Assembly: GCA_965649265.1 (NCBI GenBank)
Contig: CBFGKC010000001.1
Location: forward strand, 126,516 to 190,515
Direction: 5' to 3'
Length of the DNA: 64,000 bases
Source of the DNA: a candidate division WOR-3 bacterium
Lineage (GTDB): Bacteria > Hydrothermota > Tepidihabitantia > B3-TA06
Shown here: positions 57,636-64,000 of the stretch, piece by piece
Layout: each line of letters begins with the position of its first letter
Position numbering within the stretch: position 1 is the first letter of the stretch
Translations under genes and position numbers: made by a program
The notes under the pieces: model-generated
Seen by the model: only the letters and a program-made list of their open reading frames with translations
What the model was told of the DNA's origin: nothing
Database searches by the model: none

Positions 57636-60494
57636 ATGAGTAAAAAGCTTTTTGCAGTGGCGCTACTACTGAGCATAGCGGTAGTCGGCTTTGCCGTGAC
57701 ACCGAATCTAGCTCAGATTCAAGCGCTGCGTCAAGGTTGGGCTCAGCCCGTAGATGGCGGCAGTGTTCTGTGGAAGCAGGAGCCGACTGCGGCTACCGGC
57801 TGGTACTGGATGTATGACGGTACCTGTGGATCCGCCGGCGACGTTCCGTTCACTGACCCTATCATGCCGAGTCTTCCGACCTGGCAAGACATCTCAGGTT
57901 CGGCTTCAAAGCTTGCACCCTATAACGATCGTCCCTTTGCATATACACTGGTTGACTCTTTCTGGTATTATGGTCACTGGTATACCCCGGGCGATATCCT
58001 CTATATAAGCCCGGATGGTTGGGTCAGCTTTGACCCCGCCATTCAGAACGACGGTGCTCCTACGCCTCCGACTTCGGTTCCAGCGATGCCGAATGTTGCC
58101 GCGCCTAATGAGCTCTTTGCACCCCTTTGGGCGGATTACAACCCGACGCTTACTGCCGAGCCTTCAACTGCAAACCGTGTTTATTACATTGACGAGACGG
58201 TTAATACGATGGTACAGGGCATAGTTGTTCAGTGGAACCAGATCAAGAGCGCTTCAGGATCTGGTGTCTACACTTTCCAGCTTTCCCTTACCACGGGTGG
58301 CCAGGATCATCTTACGGTTGCAGGTTCCTGCGGCGTAATGTTCAGCCGTCACTACATTCACTTTATCTACAACTCAGCCACGCCCAACTGGACAGGCGAC
58401 AACGCCAGGACAGGCATTGAGAACCAGGGCGGGGACTACGGTATTCTTTACGGCGGCACCCTTGCCAACAACCGTGCAATCCGTTCCGGTTACAAGAAGA
58501 TCTTCAAACACGACGTATCAGCCTACAGCTTCCTTGCTCCCGGCCCAGTTGTTCTTCGCTGGACAAAGACCGAGCCTCAGATGGTTGTGGCCAACGTTGG
58601 AACTGAAACCGAGCACTTCACTTCGACTGTTGATATTTACGACGATAACGATTCTCTCGTGTACCACAATGTTCTTGGCACATTTGATCTTTTGCCCAAT
58701 GCTCGCGACACCGTCGTAGGTCCTTGCTGGACCCCCGGCGAGATAGGCGCTAGCTACAGGAAGGTTCTCCATGTTGCCTTGGCGAACGACGAGTGCAAAT
58801 ACAACGACAGCCTCGAAAAAACAAGCTTCGTTCACTGCGACGACACCTTCCGCTACGACTGGAACTTCGGTGACGGTCCTGGCGTGGGTTGGGGAATCGG
58901 TACAGATTACTTCCTGACCTGGTACGGCGTTGACGGCGGCGTGCTTGCCACCGGCGCTCGTGCGTACAGTTATGATGCCGATCCTACACAGGATAAGGGC
59001 CAGCTCGCGCTCTTTAAGGGCCAGACCGCAGGATGCGGCGCCCCGAATACGACTCCAGTGATGAGCGCAACAGCCCAAACGCACCAGTCAGGTTGGAACA
59101 AAGCCAAGTTCGGTGATTTCGGCGGATGGATAACTTCAGGCGAGCCTGGCGGTATCTTCGTCGGACTCACCACTTCCAACTCGAACGGTGCTGGACAGAC
59201 CGGTTGGTACGAAGAGTACGGTCTCAACTCGTGGCCGGCCTCCCATCCTTGCTACCAGGGTAATGGCCCCGGCCGCGGTGCATACCTCAGCGGAACCACT
59301 TTCTACTGGGGCGCAAACAGCGGCGACTATTATACCTGCGCGCTGGAAGTATTCGTACACCTCGGCTTCGGTCCTTACCCGCTTTCGCCCATGCCGGCAC
59401 CCCCGTGCTACTATGGTGAAGCGCACGACGTAAGCGCCTATGATATAACCAAGCCCAACAAGCCCTACGTTGAGGCTGGAGTGGCGCTCACGCCGGAAAT
59501 CGCAATCGTCAACATAGGTCGCCAGGCCGAGCCCGCTACTGGGTTCCTTCCCGTGAAGTTCATGGTAAAGAGAACGTCAGACGACAGCCTGGTTTTCGTG
59601 GATTCATCCCTGGTCGCGAAGATTGGCTATCTTGCTGATCCCACGGATGACCCTGACACTATGTACACGGCTATCAACGACTGGACCCCAGTTGGCAAGT
59701 GCGACAAGGACAAGGCCAACATCGGTATAGAATATGAGCTTACAGGTCTGGTTCGCCTGGGCGAAGTTGGTCCTGATGAGTCCGACCACTGCCCGTACAA
59801 CGACACAACTCGTCGTACCGTCACTGCGCTTCTTACGCATGACGTCGGCGTGATTGATCTTGTACGTTCGCCCGAACCCTCGACCCCTCCCGACATTTAC
59901 GAGACGGGTGCTCAGGTAACTATGACCGCCACGATTGAGAACTTCGGCTACAACCAGGAGCACAACGTTCCGGTTAAGATAGACGTTGTGGACAAGAGCG
60001 TATCTCCCGATACCCTTGTCTGGTCAAACTCCCAGGCCATAACGGTACTTGACTGGCGCGGCAATACGCTTGGCAATCCTTATACCGCCGACGTAATCTT
60101 CCCAGTCTTCACGGTTCCTTCCCAGAACTGGTTGACTGCGACCGCCAAGACCGAGCTCCCCGGTGACATGTGCCCGGATAACGACATCGGTCCTATCCTC
60201 AACTTCCACTCCGGTGCAGAGGAAATGCCTGCGGGCCTTCCTTACGCGCTTGAGTCAGCCACCCCGAGTGGTGTAACCTTCACGTTGCCTACGACGGTCA
60301 ACGTAAGCGTGAAGATCTACGACATCAGCGGTAAGCTTGTGACAACGCTGGTCTCCGGCAGCCAGACCCCTGGCCGTCACGAGATTCGTTGGAACGGCAC
60401 CGACAATGCCGGCCGTACGGTAGCCAAGGGCATCTACCTTGTCCGTATGGATTCAGAGAGCTTCAACGCGACGAAGAAAGTCGTGGTATACTAA
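57636..60494 (+). CDS. Large secreted surface protein (NIDO-like domain, CARDB-like Ig repeats, FlgD/T9SS-type CTD), tandem paralog A
   Basis: Signal peptide, NIDO-like 'FWYYG..LYISPDGWVSF..FAPLWADY..GIENQ', three HDV-initiated Ig domains, SGAEE linker and CTD 'IYDISGKLV..WNGTDNAGR..GIYLVRM..KKVVVY'. Confidence 0.82.
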   Translation: MSKKLFAVALLLSIAVVGFAVTPNLAQIQALRQGWAQPVDGGSVLWKQEPTAATGWYWMYDGTCGSAGDVPFTDPIMPSLPTWQDISGSASKLAPYNDRPFAYTLVDSFWYYGHWYTPGDILYISPDGWVSFDPAIQNDGAPTPPTSVPAMPNVAAPNELFAPLWADYNPTLTAEPSTANRVYYIDETVNTMVQGIVVQWNQIKSASGSGVYTFQLSLTTGGQDHLTVAGSCGVMFSRHYIHFIYNSATPNWTGDNARTGIENQGGDYGILYGGTLANNRAIRSGYKKIFKHDVSAYSFLAPGPVVLRWTKTEPQMVVANVGTETEHFTSTVDIYDDNDSLVYHNVLGTFDLLPNARDTVVGPCWTPGEIGASYRKVLHVALANDECKYNDSLEKTSFVHCDDTFRYDWNFGDGPGVGWGIGTDYFLTWYGVDGGVLATGARAYSYDADPTQDKGQLALFKGQTAGCGAPNTTPVMSATAQTHQSGWNKAKFGDFGGWITSGEPGGIFVGLTTSNSNGAGQTGWYEEYGLNSWPASHPCYQGNGPGRGAYLSGTTFYWGANSGDYYTCALEVFVHLGFGPYPLSPMPAPPCYYGEAHDVSAYDITKPNKPYVEAGVALTPEIAIVNIGRQAEPATGFLPVKFMVKRTSDDSLVFVDSSLVAKIGYLADPTDDPDTMYTAINDWTPVGKCDKDKANIGIEYELTGLVRLGEVGPDESDHCPYNDTTRRTVTALLTHDVGVIDLVRSPEPSTPPDIYETGAQVTMTATIENFGYNQEHNVPVKIDVVDKSVSPDTLVWSNSQAITVLDWRGNTLGNPYTADVIFPVFTVPSQNWLTATAKTELPGDMCPDNDIGPILNFHSGAEEMPAGLPYALESATPSGVTFTLPTTVNVSVKIYDISGKLVTTLVSGSQTPGRHEIRWNGTDNAGRTVAKGIYLVRMDSESFNATKKVVVY

Positions 60495-60517
60495 GCCGAC
60501 TAACTAAAATTACCCCT

Positions 60518-60548
60518 GAGGGGAGCCTTGTGGCTCCCCTCTTTTTTT
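60518..60548 (+). terminator. Rho-independent terminator
   Basis: GAGGGGAGCC-TTGT-GGCTCCCCTC followed by a T7 run. Confidence 0.85.
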
Positions 60549-60945
60549 GTCTAAAACGTTTGCCTGAGATATATTTCCCGTGAAAATCTCAATCCATAAA
60601 ATGAATAAGAATTCCATGGCGCTGAAAGCTTTAAAGGGGGGAATTTTCGGGCAGCTACACGATAATTGAGTCGGAAAAAAAGAAACCTCTTGTTTTCGGT
60701 GTGGCAATTAATAGAATAAGGCCATCAAAAAGATATATTGGGTGCTTATCCCATAAATAACCGGGGAGGGGGGAGAAACATATTGCCAGGGAAGGGAGTA
60801 CTATTCATGGAGAAAACCATCTTTCAGGACTTGAATTAACGTTTTCTTCAAAGAAGTTTACTAAAAGCTTATCGTCGGATTATCCGAAGGCCACCCCTTC
60901 TGTGCGCAAAGCTAGTTTTGACGTAACTTAAGGCAAAAACAAAGA

Positions 60946-60961
60946 TGGCATAAATCTTGCT
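60946..60961 (+). promoter_or_regulatory. sigma54 promoter
   Basis: TGGCATA-AATC-TTGCT at the position equivalent to the 57349 promoter. Confidence 0.75.
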
Positions 60962-61091
60962 TAAGAGTCATTCAAGTAAGGTTTTGTTCAATTTAATACT
61001 TTGAGAGGGAAAGTGGTTCTTTGGAAAATTCGGAGAGCTTTTTTGTGAATCCGTGATTGAAAGAATTTGTCTCAAGTTCCATTTAGGGGAC

Positions 61092-61120
61092 TTGACAAGA
61101 AGGGTGTGAACCCCTATAAT
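61092..61120 (+). promoter_or_regulatory. sigma70 promoter
   Basis: TTGACA-17-TATAAT, a perfect consensus match. Confidence 0.8.
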
Positions 61121-61251
61121 TCCGCAAAAAGAAAGTCTATGAACTGCCAAGGCTAAAGGAGGTGCAACATAGACAAACATAGCAAAAGGTGCAGGGGAAT
61201 TAGTCCACACCTTTATGCTAAACAAACCCTTTTTAAGGAGGAAAAAACCTA

Positions 61252-64000
61252 ATGAGTAAAAAGCTTTTTACGGTAGCACTCATGCTGGGCTTTGCCGCAG
61301 TTGCATTTGCAGCAAGCGGAGTCCCCGTGACCGCTACCACACCAATCGAGGGCGGCTCCGTTGTATGGAAGCAAGCCCCGACAAGTGCAACCGGTTGGTA
61401 CTGGATGTACGATAACACGGAAGCAACCCCTCCGTTTTCGACTCCACTTATGCCGGCTCTTCCCGCATGGGATGGCAACGTTGCTACAAGCGGCTCAAAG
61501 CTTGCACCGTACAACGATCGTCCCTTTGCCTATACGCTTCCTGACTCGTTCTGGTATTTTGGCTACTGGTATACACCCGGTGAGAAACTTTATTTCTCCC
61601 CTGATGGTTGGTTGAGCTTTGATGCGTCGATCGAGACCGACGGCGCACCCACGCCCCCGCTTGCGACCCCATCGATACCGCAGCCTGATGCCCCGAATGA
61701 GCTTTTCGCGGCTCTCTGGGCGGACTACAACCCGACTCTTACCGCAGAGCCATCGGCCACCAACCGTGTGTGGTATTACTATGATGCACAGATCAGGACG
61801 ATCAAGGTTCAGTGGAACCAGATCAAGAGCGCATCCGGTCCTGGCGTTTACACGTTCCAGGCATGGTTGCAGCTCGGCGGTCAGGCTTACATTGATCAGC
61901 TTGGTTCCTGCGGCGTAATATTCAGCCGTCACTACATTCACTTCCTTTACAACTCGAGCTCGAACTGGGCAGCCGACAACGGCAAGACCGGTATCGAGAA
62001 CCAGGGTGGCACGCAAGGTATTATGTATGCGGGCACCTTGGCCAACGGCCGCGTCATCCGTGCGGGCTACAAGAAGATCTTCAAGCACGACGTGAGAGCG
62101 GTAGCCTTCCTTGCCCCCGGCAAGATGGCTCTTCGTTGGACTGAGACCGAGCCAGCGGTACAGGTAGACAACGTAGGTACCGAGATGGAGCATTTCGCGG
62201 TCACAGTTCAGTTCAAGAACCTCGAGAACGACTCAGTAGTCTACCAGAACGTTCTGGGATCGTATGATCTTGCCCCCGGCGCCGTGATGACAATGAAGGC
62301 CCCTTGCTGGACCCCCGGCGAGATAGGCACGACCTATGAGAAGAAGCTGTGGGTAGCGCTTGCCAACGACGAGTGCAGAGCAAACGACACGGTGATCAAG
62401 AACACGTTCATCCACTGTGACGACAGCTTGGGCTACGACTGGAACTTCAACGAAGCATGGCCCGGCCCGTCGAACGGCTGGTTGACCGGTTTCTTCTATC
62501 CCAATGACTACAGCTTCACATGGTTCGGCGTATCCGGCGGTCTGTTCACCGGCGGTCGCGTTTACTGTGAGACCGGTTCATGGGCACCGAACTGGAACAC
62601 CTCCAAGTTCGTGCTTGCGAAGCCGACTACGGGTTGCGGCGCCACCACACCTGCGGGCGTGATCACGAGCCTCCCGATTCCTTCGTGGACATCCAACGGT
62701 CCTAACGCGGGCTGGAACAACGTGTCGTTCCCCGGATTCGGAATATACGTTCAGGCCGGCAACCCCGGCAACGTATACGCCGGCACCACACCCACGGACA
62801 ACAGCAACTATTCATGGGTAACAAACTACGGCATGAACACCTGGCCGGCGGCCCACGCCTGCTATCTTGGAGCCGGTCCTGGCCGCGGCGCAGCCATAGC
62901 CAGCACCTTCCACTGGGGTTCATGGGACAGCTACGGTTCTGAAAATGACTACTACACCGCAGCCAACGAGCTGTTCGGACACCTCGTATTCGGCGACTTC
63001 CCGCTTTCACCGAAGCCGCAAGCCCCTTGCTACTACGACGAGCCTCACGATCTGACCGCATACATGATGACCAAACCTGCGGATGACTACGTGCTTGATG
63101 GCCTTGCCCTCACGCCTGAGATCGCCATAGCCAACATCGGTCGCATGGAAGAGCCGGAAGTCGGCTTCTTCCCCGTGAAGTTCTATGCGGTAGACGTAGC
63201 CACAGGCGAGACGACGTTCACCGAACAGAGCCTTGTCAACCAGATCGGCTGGCTCGGTGACAATGCGGACAACCCCGACACGCTTTACGTAGCCACTAAC
63301 CCCTGGACTCCAGAGGGCAAATGCGCGAAGATAGCGGACGGCGGCCCGTTCGTCGAACTTGAGCTGATCGGCCTCGTGGACCTCGGCATCGTCGGTCCTG
63401 ATGAGTCCGACCACTGCCCGTACAACGACACCATTCGTCGCAACGTGACCGTTCTTCTTGGCCACGACGTCGGCGTGATTGATCTTGTCCGCTCGCCTGA
63501 TCCCACAACCCAGCCCGACATTTACGAAACCGGCGCCTCGGTTGTCATGACAGCCACTGTTGAGAACTTCGGCTTCAATCAAGAGCATGACGTTCCCGTT
63601 AAGCTGGAAGTCTCGGACAAGACCGCCGATCCTGACACCCTTGTGTGGCAGAATATCCAGCTCATCAGCGTTCTTGACTGGCGCGGCAACACGCTTGACA
63701 ACCCCTACACAGCAGAAGTAGTCTTCCCAGCCTTCGTAGTACCTTCCCAGAACTGGTTGACGGCTACCTGCAAGACCGAGCTCGTGGGTGACATGTGCCC
63801 GGATGACGACATCGGACCCATCCTTAACTTCCACTCCGGCATAGCGGAGAACCCAGTTGTTCTTCCGTTCGCGCTTGAGTCAGCCACCCCGAGTGGTGTA
63901 ACCTTCACGTTGCCTACGACAGCCAACGTAAGCGTGAAGATCTACGACATCAGCGGTAAGCTTGTGACAACGCTGGTCTCCGGCAGCCAGACCCCTGGCC
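61252..64000 (+). CDS. Large secreted surface protein, tandem paralog B (runs off the window end)
   Basis: AAGGAGG SD, then MSKKLFTVALMLGFAAVAFA...GGSVVWKQAPTSATGWYWMYD, colinear with 57636..60494 through to the CTD. Not in the ORF track because no stop codon lies in the window. Confidence 0.88.
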   Translation, partial: MSKKLFTVALMLGFAAVAFAASGVPVTATTPIEGGSVVWKQAPTSATGWYWMYDNTEATPPFSTPLMPALPAWDGNVATSGSKLAPYNDRPFAYTLPDSFWYFGYWYTPGEKLYFSPDGWLSFDASIETDGAPTPPLATPSIPQPDAPNELFAALWADYNPTLTAEPSATNRVWYYYDAQIRTIKVQWNQIKSASGPGVYTFQAWLQLGGQAYIDQLGSCGVIFSRHYIHFLYNSSSNWAADNGKTGIENQGGTQGIMYAGTLANGRVIRAGYKKIFKHDVRAVAFLAPGKMALRWTETEPAVQVDNVGTEMEHFAVTVQFKNLENDSVVYQNVLGSYDLAPGAVMTMKAPCWTPGEIGTTYEKKLWVALANDECRANDTVIKNTFIHCDDSLGYDWNFNEAWPGPSNGWLTGFFYPNDYSFTWFGVSGGLFTGGRVYCETGSWAPNWNTSKFVLAKPTTGCGATTPAGVITSLPIPSWTSNGPNAGWNNVSFPGFGIYVQAGNPGNVYAGTTPTDNSNYSWVTNYGMNTWPAAHACYLGAGPGRGAAIASTFHWGSWDSYGSENDYYTAANELFGHLVFGDFPLSPKPQAPCYYDEPHDLTAYMMTKPADDYVLDGLALTPEIAIANIGRMEEPEVGFFPVKFYAVDVATGETTFTEQSLVNQIGWLGDNADNPDTLYVATNPWTPEGKCAKIADGGPFVELELIGLVDLGIVGPDESDHCPYNDTIRRNVTVLLGHDVGVIDLVRSPDPTTQPDIYETGASVVMTATVENFGFNQEHDVPVKLEVSDKTADPDTLVWQNIQLISVLDWRGNTLDNPYTAEVVFPAFVVPSQNWLTATCKTELVGDMCPDDDIGPILNFHSGIAENPVVLPFALESATPSGVTFTLPTTANVSVKIYDISGKLVTTLVSGSQTPG

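Noticed and set aside
57636-64000. Diversity-generating retroelement (TR/VR pair) behind the paralog similarity
   Set aside because: There is no reverse transcriptase in the window, mismatches are not adenine-specific, and both copies are full genes.

Overview
Bacterial chromosomal window of moderately high GC. The abundance of secreted proteins with T9SS/FlgD-type C-terminal sorting domains and PorV/PorQ-family genes suggests a WOR-3/FCB-like lineage (inference only). Positions 1-14.2 kb hold a signal-transduction island: two histidine kinases, an NtrC-type sigma54 activator, a perfect sigma54 promoter with three upstream dyad sites, and receiver domains fused to DUF4388, to a degenerate MglA-like GTPase domain and to a Roadblock/LC7 (MglB-like) domain. 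An orphan EF-G gene trails this island. The middle of the window carries housekeeping genes (gdhA, hslU, coaD, rsmD, dCMP deaminase, gyrA, pdp, argS, mfd), several apparently transcribed as leaderless mRNAs. Eight secreted CTD proteins are present. Two are translationally coupled to their own PorV-like barrel (fused to TPR or OmpA), three form an FG-GAP paralog family, and two are tandem paralogs with dual sigma54/sigma70 promoters and a conserved leader hairpin. A glycosylation operon and a small REP-like hairpin repeat family are also present. No rRNA, tRNA, CRISPR array, transposase or integrase was seen.
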